Source: Chara braunii
Lineage: Eukaryota; Plantae; Charophyceae
Assembly (NCBI GenBank): GCA_003427395.1
Contig: BFEA01000018.1
Coordinates: 2,335,344 to 2,392,094 of the forward strand
Direction: 5' to 3'
DNA length: 56,751 nt
The notes under the pieces were generated by a model that was not told the origin of the DNA, ran no database searches, and saw nothing but the letters and a program-made list of their open reading frames with translations. Each line of letters starts with the position of its first letter. The stretch's first letter is position 1. Positions 37,301-49,104 of the stretch are shown one piece after another. A program made the position numbers and the translations under genes.

Positions 37301-39499
37301 TGGCACTGTACACTGGGATGATGAGCGTGTCACGACAGGTTGTTGCCGTGTCGGCAGAGGTCGCTGCCTCCCCTGCAGAGTTTGCTGCAGCGTCTGCAGA
37401 GGTTGCTGCCGGGTCTGCGGAGGTTGCTGCCGAGGATGCGGAGGCTGTTGCAGCGTCGACAGAGGTTGTAGCCGGGTCTGCAGAGGTCGGTGGCGCGACT
37501 GCAGAGGTTGGGAGGGCATCTGCATATTCTGCACAGTTCGGTCCCAGTTTCAACGATGACATGTTTGGTGCTTCGTTGGGGCTTCCTTCGACGCCGACAG
37601 GTGAGCGTGGTACTGGTGGTGTGGACGCACAGGCCAGCCCATCAGTCAGATCCTTAGAGGTTTGCCTTCGTGCAGCATGGGTGACATCAGTAGCAGCATG
37701 TTGCGGCAGGTAGCGGAGGACACAGAGGGTTCGTCGGGGCAGCGTGAGCATGTAGTAGGGGATGACGGGGAGTGCCGACCTGTGCAGGAGCAAGTGCCAG
37801 AGTCGGAGCAGGACATAACCAATCGCGAGGAGAGGGAGAGGGCGCTGGAGTTGGCCAGGCGTTGCGAGATGACACGAAGTATTGCGGCAAAGGCACGTGC
37901 AGAGCGGATGCTCGAGACGGGTGATGGTGCGGGTCATTGTGCGATACAGGATGCAGAGGTTGAGTGTGGCCGTGCGGTCGGTGGGGATGCAGGCGAGAGA
38001 CATGCATCACCAGTTCATGGTGTTTGTGTATTGCCATTCGCTGGAGCTATGTCGGCGGGGGAGTTAGAGCGGCAGACACGGAAGGACCCATTGCGGGCAG
38101 ATCGACGCGCACGGATGGATGAGGCGTCAAGGAGGGTCATGGCAGAGGGCCCAACTTTTGTGTTGTGCAGCCCGTCAGTGCCATCGTCTGCCACATATGT
38201 CATTCCTCCCACACATACCGAGGGTCCAGGCACGGTACTAAGTCCCGCATCGGCACCGAGTCCCACATCGGCATCGAGTTCCGCATCGGCACCGAGTCCC
38301 GCATCGGCACCCGCGGGGGAATCTCCTTTTCCCAAATCATGGAAGAAGAAGATGAGAATCATGAGAGCAAGAAAGAGTCTTAGTACTCTGAGGAGGGTGA
38401 CCCACCAGATACGGGCGAGTCAGCCTGCGTTGGTCGGTTTACATCTGCGGACTCTGGAGGCATTGGGCGGGGACATTGTTGCGGATACAGCAGGTTGGCG
38501 GGAGAGGGCCTCTACCCAGGTGACGACGCGCCCGATGAGCACACCTGCCGAGGCGGCGGTGCCACATGCTAGAGGGCGGACTTCCACTACCGTTACGGAG
38601 GAGCACGACGAGCACAGTTGTTCCCCGGGAGGAGCATGGCCGAATGTGTACTGGGGGTGGATGTGAGGGCATTGACGATGCGGCGATCGTCACAGACACC
38701 CATCGGCTGGGAGTCGGGTACCGACGGTTTGGAGATGTCAGCTGGCCAGCGGAAGAGGGTTTCCGTATATGACTTTCTTCGAGCACGGTCAAGGATAAGG
38801 CGGCACCACAGGGATGCCACTAGTGTGGCGCCACAGAGGAGGAGGAAGGACATTGTGGACGACGATGATGCTTAGTCCCACCATTGGTCCTCTTCCGCCC
38901 TCTATTTCCTAGTAGTGTATAACACCTTTAATACTTCAGATGAGATCATGTGTTTATAGGTGCAATATGTGCATCTCGACATGACTGTATGTGTATTCGT
39001 ATCGATGTTTCATGAGATTGCACATTGTCTTCATGCATAGGTGCAGTAGGTGCAGTTTTTGTTTTTTTTTTCATTTTATTTTTCCTTCGATGTTTCAAAT
39101 GATTGCACACTTTGTTCATACATAGGTGCAATAGGTGTAGTTTCTATTTTTTTTTTGTATCGATGTTTCAGACGATGACACACTTTCTTCATGCATTGTT
39201 TGACTGAGTTCACTCTCCAATGTCTCCATGTTTCTTCTATTGTGGTGTGCTTATGGTGCAACTATTTTGCCTTGTTTTTCGTTGCTCCTTTATTTTGTGG
39301 TTTCAAAATTTCTGCAATGAATGTTACTCAATGCGTTTCAATATTCTTGTTGTTTGAAATCATGAACTTGATGTAGTCTTCAACTTGTTTCGTTGTGCGT
39401 CTCATTTGCCTCTCATGCACTTGTCAGTAACCCCCAGACAACCCTCCCCAACCCCCAAAGACGACCTTGGCATAGCCGTCTCTGAGACCGGAACCCCCT
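37300..39499 (+). mobile_element. 3' part of the hAT element: low-complexity coding tail with 21-bp and 18-bp repeats, AT-rich 3' region
   Basis: SAEVAAG-type repeats at 37340-37510 and ASAPSP repeats at 38240-38315. Abuts LTR-element sequence at about 39500. Confidence 0.55.
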
Positions 39500-39680
39500 T
39501 CAACTCTAATTCATTCTCGCCACTGAACCTAAGGCTTTAGCTCCTGTGGTTTGAATTGTTTCGTTGGGTTTTCACCCGTACTTTATTGAATGGTCATTTA
39601 ACAAAGATACTGAATCTCCTGAGTATTTTATTTTGGAAGGTTGGACAAAGGTTGGGGCTTGTATGACTAAAGCGAGGGGG

Positions 39681-40913
39681 TATGAGCGTAGAGAGTAGTT
39701 AAAGTTGACCCCGTGTAGTGCGTGAAACTTTGGTTGAATCTTTGATGTGATTGTAGGTATGTTTGTGGTTCAGACTATGGATTTGACTGTTTGCGATCAT
39801 ATATATATGGTTGAAGGGAGTCTCATTATGACTGTGAGAAGTGATCGTCTCGTGTTTATAACCCTTTATATGTGTATATCCCATGTGTCCTTCGCGATCT
39901 ATTGTGAGCGCGTGCGAGAGTTGAGTTGATTATGCGCTGTGAGAAAAATGAGATCCCCTTTTGCCTTTTTCTTTTTAGAATTATTATAGTTGGACGTTAG
40001 AGTCCTTGACAACCATCAAAGTTAAACCCCTTGACTTCTTTCCAAACCCTAGATGACGGAGCTCGTCTTCATGGCGATAAAATTTGACTTCCAGAACCGG
40101 CAGGAGCCTGTGTACCACCCACTCTCCGCAGAGTGCAGAAGAGGGTATGGTTCTTAACCGCCTTGGCGGTTGTCTAGCGTCGAGAGTTTAACCCCTCAAA
40201 GCGCGTGTCAACCGACACTTGAGTGTTGAACGTAACCCTCGAGACCACCGAGGACCACACGATTATGGGTACTACATAGTACGCCATTGTTGCAACCGCT
40301 TGCTTGTATATGCATGCGCAGTCGATATGAGAAAGCCCTGCGTCCTCGCGGTTTATCTTCAGTCTCGAGCGCGACGCCTAACCGATTTTCATGTCAAAAG
40401 GTTATAAGTTCGATACTAAAGGGACTAGGAGTGTTTTGTTTTGTGTGAGTAACCTGACTGTTTTGTGATGGCGTGGTGTAACGCGTGGTAAGAAAGATGC
40501 ACCCTAGTCGACCGACGACGAGTCGTGCTCGGGACTTCAGCCCCCGATGCGTCGGTTCACGTACAGGTCCGATAGAGGAGAGAGACCGCGCGTACCCCTT
40601 ACTATGCTACAACGTACGAGAAACGCCCTTGGCTGGGCCACCTCTGCAATTGCAACTGAACAACTTTCTCACGTGGTTCGATTGCTCGACGAGAACACGT
40701 CCGTTCAAGGGTGGTGACAGCCCCTTGGGCGGAGGTAAGTTGTACCTCACGTGCCAATATCCTGTCGTAGGGGTTTGCGAGAGGTATGGCTGGGGCACTT
40801 GGTCGGATCGACGACGAAAGCTCCATTGCACCTGGATAAAAGGATAAAAACCCACTCGAAATCTTGTGTGACGCGGCCTGGAGGGTCCCCCTACGGGACC
40901 GATGCGCTCGACA
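39681..40913 (+). mobile_element. Putative 3' LTR of the main LTR family, plus orientation
   Basis: aaagcgaggggg|TATGAG ... gatgcgctcgACA; inverted homologue of 17606-18641. Confidence 0.6.
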
Positions 40914-41627
40914 ATGTGAACAAGGAAAAACAGGAGTAACGACCGAGAGCAGGCATAGCACAAGTAAGTGCGAGAACGAACTAGTGCGAACGTGAGCACG
41001 TAGGCAGGAGGAGGTAGATTAAGCAAGAGAAAGAAAAGACGGAAGATCACAAAATGAAAGGTGGAGGGAATGATCACGATCGACTTCCTCGATTGCAACA
41101 TCCCTTATTTTGGATGTATTTGATTGACAATAAGAAATACAAGAGACGAGAGGAGTCACAGAAAGCGCAACTGAGGGGTTGAGTTTACCTTCACGACGAC
41201 AACTTGGAACAAACATTTGACTGCCACGGCGTCTCAACCAAACAAGACCGGTGAGTTATTCTATTTATTATCATATTATTATCATTTATTATTTATCATT
41301 ATAATTATGTTATTTAACTTATTATAATTATTATTACTATTATTTTAATGTTACCACTAGCGTTCCCGAAGTTGTTCGTGGGATAGTCTGATCTTAAAAT
41401 CAAATTTCACAATGAATGATTGAAATCGGTCGCTTATGAATGGTGCTCGTAATCCTGTGAGAAGCAAACGAGCCAGAATCGTCATCGAGAGCATGAATAA
41501 GAATAAGAGTGAAATCGTGGAAACGGGGAGCGTAGACGAACTGGAGAGAGAACAGGGGGAGGAGAGGAAAAAAAAGAGGAAAAACGTGAGATGGAGAAAG
41601 AGAGGGGTGTGAGACTCTCTCTAAACA

Positions 41628-41927
41628 TCGAACTACCGACTTAGAACTAGTATGGACAAAAGGGAACCGACTGCTTAATTAAAAACTAAGAATTACGATG
41701 GTTCGAACGGATGTTGGCGCAATGTGAGTTATGCCCAGTACTATAAACGTCTAAGTGAAAGAGTTTCAACCGAGCGTGGATAAACGACATGAGTAACTGT
41801 GGCTCTTAAGGTAGTCAAATGCCTCGCATCCAATTAGTGATGCGAGCGAGTGGATTAACGGGATTTTCACTGTTCCTATCTACCATCTTGCGAAGTCAAA
41901 GCCAAAAGAACGGGTTTAAAATAATCG
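41628..41927 (+). pseudogene. Degenerate 28S rRNA fragment (domain IV, includes the R2/I-PpoI target region)
   Basis: agaactagtatggacaaaaggg...gagtaactgtggctcttaaggtagtcaaatgcctcg...tggattaacg is colinear with conserved LSU rRNA. Confidence 0.92.
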
Positions 41928-42326
41928 ACTTTATTTGGATGAGAAAAATAACTTATATACATTATCACTATATTGTTACTATCATTATTATTACTATTAT
42001 TATTGATTATTATTAATTTTAATATTATTGTTATTAATGTGTTCAACTACTAACCATAAATATGATTATGTACGTTCGAGAAGATGAAAGAGAGAGATAC
42101 GGGGGATGTAGGGTGGGAAAATGTGTGATCAGGAAGATAAAGGCGAGAACGAGAGTAAAGGAAATACGCAAGGTTAGACGGTATGGACAAGGGAAGGAAG
42201 AGAGTGAGCGTGCAGAGAAAACAAAGGCTGAGGGGAACACGCATGAAGGTAAGAATCAAGAAAGACAAGAAGGGAGAACAATATGGGACAAAAGTAGAAG
42301 ACGGTGATTATAACGAAGAGGTGGAT

Positions 42327-42400
42327 GGGTTTGAAGGAATCAACATAGAAGAGGGACCCCGTTGAGCTTAACTCTTGTTCAATGACATGAAGGACTTAGC
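42327..42400 (+). pseudogene. Continuation of the 28S fragment
   Basis: gaatcaac...gaccccgttgagcttaactct matches GAATCAGCGGGGAAAGAAGACCCTGTTGAGCTTGACTCT. Confidence 0.75.
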
Positions 42401-42662
42401 TGCAATGGTGACCATTTTGTCTGCTCCAATGCTAAAAGGTGAGTCCTGCTTGTATGTGATTGGTCATGTCATTCTCGCCGCTGTTTTATTTACATGCATA
42501 TCATTTAGCCGGGGGCGCCGATGACACCTACACAAGAAGAACGAATTGCTAATATCGATCAGTACTGAAAAAAAAAACGGAAGAACTCATATGTTTGGCG
42601 GATTGGTTGGATGTCGTACGCCATGATTGCCATTGCTCCGTAGGGCTGCTCGTTACGCCCAC

Positions 42663-42797
42663 TACCTGGTTGGTACTGCCAATAGTCATATGCTCGTCTT
42701 AGAGACTAAGCCATGCACAACTAAGTGTGAACGCTTTGCGCCGTGAACTAGGAATGACTCATTATATGAGGTGATCCTCTCAGTAGTCATGTGGTGT
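42663..42797 (+). pseudogene. Degenerate 18S rRNA 5' end (about 110 nt) plus a short repeat of its start
   Basis: tacctggttggtactgccaatagtcatatgctcgtcttagagactaagccatgca matches TACCTGGTTGATCCTGCCAGTAGTCATATGCTTGTCTCAAAGATTAAGCCATGCA. Confidence 0.92.
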
Positions 42798-43657
42798 TTG
42801 ATCTGGGTCGCACACCTTGAGGCACAAGTGTGACACTATAGTTAAAAAAGGATGTTTTATTATTATTATTACTTATTCTTATTAGTATTTTATTAATAAC
42901 TACTATCATTATAATCATTACTTACATATGTGGCCGTACAACTATTATACTAACTTACCCGACAAAATGCGTGAAGGAAAATGACGTTCTCGTAGCAAAC
43001 ACCCTTACAAGGGTATTTGTCGTCCTTTTTAAAAAGGTCGCACTGGGTGCGTCCCTTGATCAACATAATGCCTTGATGGGGAAAATCCCGTTAAGGCGCT
43101 CACCTCGACAGCCCCGCTTTTGGTGAGACTCCGAGTTGAATACAGTCAGATTAAAGAGTGTGTGGAGCACGCATTACTGCGTTGCATTGTGAGATAGTCG
43201 TTAGTCATCGAGAATACCAGGCCGGCGGAAGACACCAAAGTCATAGGGCCTATTTACTCTCCCTTCCATTGTTTTATTGTTGATTATATTTTTCTTTTGT
43301 TTTATCAAGACCAACTTTACTTCGCAATTAGTCCGGCCTCTGGCCGGACACGACGCGAAGAGGATAAAAACTATACCTTGCGCACACATGAGAAGTTTAT
43401 GTTGGACGACGCATCGAAAGGCACAGCGTTGGCAAACCTAGTCTGGGGGGAAAGTTTGGAAGTTCGACAAAGTGCGTCGTGCGCCTGACGACCATGATAC
43501 CAGATAGCTACGATCCTAGGCGCGAGTGGCGTTTCGACGTCTTCTAACAGCCAGGAGGTTGGCCGGTAGGCCAAGGCGGAGGCCTGGTTTGTGCGGGTAG
43601 GACCAATCACGGTCTCGCGACTATTTATACGTAGGTTCACGCCTACCTAGCTCAGCC

Positions 43658-43802
43658 TTCGGCCTAGTTCTAATGGTTACAATACTGGACTTTCAAGCAG
43701 TAGGTTTGGGGTTTGAGGTCAGCTAACGGCGATGAAGCAAAGAAGCGCGATCGGCAGAGATTGAGGGGTCGAGGGTCTTAAGGGACTATCCCCCTTGGTT
43801 TT
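43658..43802 (+). ncRNA. tRNA-Glu/Gln-like Pol III unit, copy 3
   Basis: TATTTATA at 43622, then tagttctaatggttacaatactggactttcaagcagt...ggggtttgaggtc; ends ccccttggtttt. Confidence 0.55.
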
Positions 43803-43954
43803 GTCAGACGGGCCCGAGCCTGGGTCCGATTGGCAAAACCGAGAGAGTGTCGGCAGGTCCTCGTCCTCTTCACTTTTACTATTTCTATTTTTGTTGATTT
43901 ATTTTTAGTTTTTATCTTCTCCATTCTTAAAAGTCCCATCTTTGACCAAACCGG

Positions 43955-44385
43955 GAGGCTGGCTCGGATACCGATAATGGAGGAGCACCGCGGAGGAAGG
44001 ATGAAAATAACTTTCTGAAAGAAAGTTAAAAGATGCGTGAAACGACTGAGCAAGGAGCGGGCAAACTACCCTGACGGGGGTGGACGGTAACTGTGTCACC
44101 ATCATCCTTGACCAGGACGAAGAGGTGCCTGCCAACATGGGGTGCTGTGACCAGCATTGCAGTGGGGAGCAATGAGAACCCCCCACGAGTGACCATCATG
44201 GCAGTCCAGGACCTTGAGCACGCGCCTCCTTTTGGGCAGGTCCGTTCGACTTCCTACGTGGCCGGGATGCTGATGAAATTCCTTCATCTTCCCTGTCTTA
44301 AAACACAGTTCGAGGAATTTCAAACGTACACGCAAGCGGTGTGGTGCTTAGCCCACGAAGAGGCAGAAACCTGAGTGGCGGGACC
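43955..44385 (+). pseudogene. Degenerate 28S rRNA fragment spanning D2
   Basis: accgata...agcaccgcggaggaaggatgaaaataacttt...aaagttaaaagatgcgtgaaa and cctgtcttaaaacac. Homologous to 32390-32540. Confidence 0.8.
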
Positions 44386-44765
44386 AACACCTATGGGCCA
44401 AGCACGGCTGGTACACCCACACGCTGTTGAAAAACAGGCCTGTGGAACCAGCACCCGTGGGCCAAGCATGACTGGTACACCCACAGACTGTTGAAAAACA
44501 GGCCTGTGGAACCAACACCCGTGGGCGAAGCACGACTGGTACACCCGCAGGCTGTTGAAAAACAGGCCTGTGGAACCAACACCCGTGGGCCAAGCACGAC
44601 TGGTACGCCTGCAGGCTGTTGAAAAACAGGCCTGTGGGACCAGCATTCGTGGGCCAAGCTCGACTAGTACACCCGCAAGCTGTTGAAAAACAGGCCTGTG
44701 GGACCAACATCCATAGGCCAAGGTCAGGTGGTATACCCACGAACTGCTGAAATACAGACTTGTGT
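44380..44765 (+). repeat. About 63-bp minisatellite, about 6 copies, derived from the tRNA-like unit
   Basis: Unit gggccaagcacgactggtacacccgcaggctgttgaaaaacaggcctgtggaaccaacacccgt. The last copy runs into gttcaaactccaccggaagca. Confidence 0.9.
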
Positions 44766-44863
44766 TCAAACTCCACCGGAAGCAGATGAGTAAAATACTA
44801 CAATTATGAATTACCCATGGCCGGTCAGTTCGTTGCTGATATCTCAAGGTGGCCGGTTCGTCG

Positions 44864-44961
44864 GTCCCCCCGGTCATTCAGGACGTCATAGGAGGTTAGC
44901 ATGGTCCCTGCACAAGAAAGATGCGTATAAATCAAGGAAAGGTCCGACAACCTGCGTTTTT
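44864..44961 (+). pseudogene. U6: Second U6 snRNA-like copy, more degenerate at the 5' end
   Basis: ttagcatggtccctgcacaagaaagatgcgtataaatcaaggaaaggtcc versus U6 TTAGCATGGCCCCTGCGCAAGGATGACACGCATAAATCGAGAAATGGTCC. Same upstream spacer as the 23.8-kb copy. Confidence 0.8.
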
Positions 44962-46188
44962 CCTTTTTGCATTGAGGGCCTGTCGAACCACGAGGTAATT
45001 AATAGCAAAGAGGAGGCAAGGAAAATAGTAATGTCAACGAAGCTGAGAGGTAGAAGACGAAGGCAACGAGGAAAAAAAAAAGAAGGGTGAAGTGAAGAAT
45101 GAGTATCTTGCTCATTTCTTAATGAAATCGAGCAAGAAAAGATGCGATTCACGAGTTTCTGGCTAGGGCGAGTTCAATAGTGAGGTCATAATGGTGAATG
45201 GAGGTGTATAATGAGGGCTAGGAGGAAAAGTGGGTGCGCAGAGGTAATGAGAGGGAAAGCATGACGGGAACTAATGGAAGTGTATCTCGCTTATTTCTTA
45301 ACGAATTCGAGCGATGTAAATATAGGGGTTTTTGCATAATGCAAATCAGTTGGCAATGTCAGATTTTGAGTTGGGGTGGTAGTTTTCCCACCGCAAGTAA
45401 CAAGAGCTCTGTGGAACGCTAAGCGGAAGTAATAAAGTGAGATCGTAATGTATCTTTCTATGATATAGGTGAAGATTCAGTCTCGTTTCGCATATTCAGC
45501 AGGTGGATTGCGTTGCTGATCAAAGTCGCCACTATGCTATCATGAGGTCGGGGGTTCAGTGGAGGTCGTGATCTCGATTGTGGCATGGGCGCATACATAA
45601 ATAAAATAAGCTGCGTGTTTTGTTGTGGCGGTTGCGGTGACTCTTTTGGGTGAGTTGCATTTTTAGCTCCGCTGGATAGAGCAACAACCTTACTCATTGA
45701 AAGTGTTCTTGGTCAAAATTTTATTTTCAAGCATCGGAGTCACCTCTCGTAGTGGTGAACGAATCCATATGAGTTTTGTTACGGTTCGTGGCCATCATAC
45801 TCATGAGGTGGCTGCTCGCTGTGTTCGTAGTGTCCGCCTCTATCTAAATTTCTGCCATGGCCATCCGATCTGTTATAAGGCGCATAAATCTTTTCATAAT
45901 CTAGCGGAAGATTCTTTTTTTTTTTTTTTTTTTTTTTTCGGATGATGGATCAAAGCTTTTATTGTTGTTGATTATGTTCTTCATTGAAGATTGCCCCGCT
46001 GCTCGTGCACATTATCTCAACCCCTACCTAGTTCATAGTCACGATCTTCTTCTTCTTCAAGAACTTTGGTAGTACCGATTGATCCTCGGGGTTGTTTTCC
46101 TCACATGGGGGTTGAGACGAGCGTATGGATCTGACCAAGGTATCGGCCAGGTACGCTAGGAGGAAGTAGGATCAGAACGGGCGGGGGC

Positions 46189-46270
<82 letters not shown>

Positions 46271-46860
46271 NNNNNNNNNNNNNNNNNNNNNNNNNNNNNN
46301 NNNNNNNNNNNNNNNNNNNNNNNNNNNNNNNNNNNNNNNNNNNNNNNNNNNNNNNNNNNNNNNNNNNNNNNNNNNNNNNNNNNNNNNNNNNNNNNNNNNN
46401 NNNNNNNNNNNNNNNNNNNNNNNNNNNNNNNNNNNNNNNNNNNNNNNNNNNNNNNNNNNNNNNNNNNNNNNNNNNNNNNNNNNNNNNNNNNNNNNNNNNN
46501 NNNNNNNNNNNNNNNNNNNNNNNNNNNNNNNNNNNNNNNNNNNNNNNNNNNNNNNNNNNNNNNNNNNNNNNNNNNNNNNNNNNNNNNNNNNNNNNNNNNN
46601 NNNNNNNNNNNNNNNNNNNNNNNNNNNNNNNNNNNNNNNNNNNNNNNNNNNNNNNNNNNNNNNNNNNNNNNNNNNNNNNNNNNNNNNNNNNNNNNNNNNN
46701 NNNNNNNNNNNNNNNNNNNNNNNNNNNNNNNNNNNNNNNNNNNNNNNNNNNNNNNNNNNNNNNNNNNNNNNNNNNNNNNNNNNNNNNNNNNNNNNNNNNN
46801 NNNNNNNNNNNNNNNNNNNNNNNNNNNNNNNNNNNNNNNNNNNNNNNNNNNNNNNNNNNN

Positions 46861-47480
46861 CAGGGTAGAGGCTTACCTGTTGTATGGTGCGTTGCTCATC
46901 CAACCGGTGAAAGCAGCAGGGTGGAGGCTTACCTGTTGTATGGTGCGTTGCTTATGCATCCGGTAAAAGCAGCAAGGGGACAACAATAGGGTAGATGCTT
47001 GCCTCTTGTATGGTGCGTTGCTTATCCATCCGGTGAAAGTAGCAAGGGGACAGCAGCAGGGTGGAGACTTACCTGTTGTATGGTGCGTTGCTCATCCAAC
47101 CGGTGAAAGCAGCAAGGGGACAGCAGCAGGGTAGAGACTTACATGTTGTATGGTGCGTTGCTCATCCATCCGGTAGAAGCAGCAAAGGGACAGCAGCACG
47201 ATAGAGGCTTACCTGTTGTATGGTGCGTTGCTTATCCATCCGGTAAAAGCAGCAAGGGGACAACAACAGGGAAGAGGCTTACCTGTTGTATGGTGCGTTG
47301 CTTATCCATCAGGTGAAAGCAGCAAGGGGACAGCAACATGGTGGAGACTTACCTGTTGTATGGTGCGTTGCTCAACCAACCGGTGAAAGCAGCAAGGGGA
47401 CAGCAGCAGGGTAGAGACTTACCTGTTGTATGGTGTGTTGCTCATCCAACCAGTGAAAGAAGCCAGGGGACAGCAGCATG
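46861..47480. repeat. 70-bp tandem repeat, about 9 copies, continuing into the gap
   Basis: agcaaggggacagcagcagggtagagacttacctgttgtatggtgcgttgctcatccaaccggtgaaagc with a 70-nt period. Confidence 0.95.
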
Positions 47481-49104
47481 TTGAAAACTTTTATGTCGTA
47501 AAATGTGCTGCATCTCTGACCAATGGGAGTAGCGTGAGGCCAGGTGTAGAGAGGAGAGGTACCCGTTGGGCGGCGCACTGCACATCCGATGGGAAGGAAC
47601 TAGCTTGAGGCCAGCCACTGGGAGGAGACTTACCTGCTGCACATCGTGACAGATCATGTTGCGTTGCTGTTCTGTTACGTCCCGGTAGCGGGCTCCAAAG
47701 GCTATTGACCTCTGTCTCTTGAGTTCCACCTGCATCAAGTTCTGTTGGTGTTGCCGGCCATAGTGAGGGAATGCGGATCAAAAGGGGGTGGGGCATTCCT
47801 TTTGCGCCTGCGTACACAAGCAAAGGACTTCGGTCCAACCAGGTTCTGGATGCCATGCAGAAGCTGCATATATGAATGTGGAATCTTCGTGCGCATGCAA
47901 TAACCACCGTACTCTAGTGTGTATTGCTTGAGTTCACTGGGCTCCGTCGAAGAGCCTTGTTGCCATACGACGCTGTTGTGCATTGCAGTGTTTTAGCTAT
48001 TACAGCAGCTAAAAACAACAAATTGTTGATACTGTGCCACTACACATTTGCTGCAGCGCATTACGGTACTGCTTTAGCTGCGTTTTTCAGCAACTGTTGA
48101 CACTCTTTGGTGCTGTTGAATTTGGACTGCTGACGCTGCTTAGACCGGTGCTGCTCGAGGAGTGGTGCAGTTGAGGCAAGCTGGTTTCTTTGTCTGTTGT
48201 TGCTGAACCCTCTCTTGGACCATCACTTTGTCTTGGGTGCGCTGCCTTGCTTTCTTCTACTATGTTGGGCTGCTGAAGGACAGTACTACTGTTGAGAGGG
48301 GTGCACAACAATTGATCTTAGTTGACAGCTGCAAAAGATCGGCGTCAGGACCAATGTTTTTGTTGCTGGTTGATACAGCGGAGGCTACCGTATGTATGGG
48401 TTGTTGTCCTTCTGAGTTGCTGTTCTAGAGGGAGGCAACTGGTGATCTGTTGCTGTGAATCGCTGCGGCTATGCATACATTCGAATAGTACACGAGGATT
48501 GTGCACTATACGGACACGACCTTGCCGGACCGCGTGACTGCAGCTCAGTCCAAGGTGCGACACTAAGGCTTTAAAAGGTTGGTCAGGCTCTGCAACAGGA
48601 GTACAGCGGCAACTTGGAGGCGAAACAGGAGGCTGTTACTCTGCGTTTCTTTTGACTGCCATTGCGGGGCCCTCAGGATCTCACCAAGGCCCTCTCGCGA
48701 GGGTTGAGTTGGCCCCTTCTCGTATCTCGAGCGTCTAACTTTTCTTCTTCTTTCCTTTTTCACCTCAGTCTAGTCTGTGTTCGGAGAGGAAGGCGGCAGG
48801 CGGGATTGCAACCCATAGGACCACATTAAGGCTTTGTGGGGGTTGACCCACCGATTGCAGGAGCTCTGTCGGAGCCCGGACTGGACTTTGGAGGCAGGGA
48901 ACTAAGAGGTAGGCCAACACTATACCATTAGCATCTCAATAAACCCCTATCTATATAAACCTGGTGTTTGGTCTGTTTGACTTTGACTTGTGAATATGTT
49001 TGTCTTTTTTTTTCAAGACTCTAAATGAATCGAAAGGGGAATCTACTATACATATTTAACTCATCTGTCTGTGGTAAAAATCACGATTTTTGCATGCGAT
49101 GATT

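Noticed and set aside
39512-39525. cattctcgccactg as the hAT right TIR
   Set aside because: It aligns with the host LTR-element sequence (reverse complement of about 18775-18810), and no matching left end exists.
41628-42797. Functional rRNA genes
   Set aside because: Short, heavily substituted, out of order and interrupted.
47700-47900. Second hAT C-terminal remnant (MQKLHI*MWNLR)
   Set aside because: Only one short motif, needing several frameshifts; not supportable by eye.
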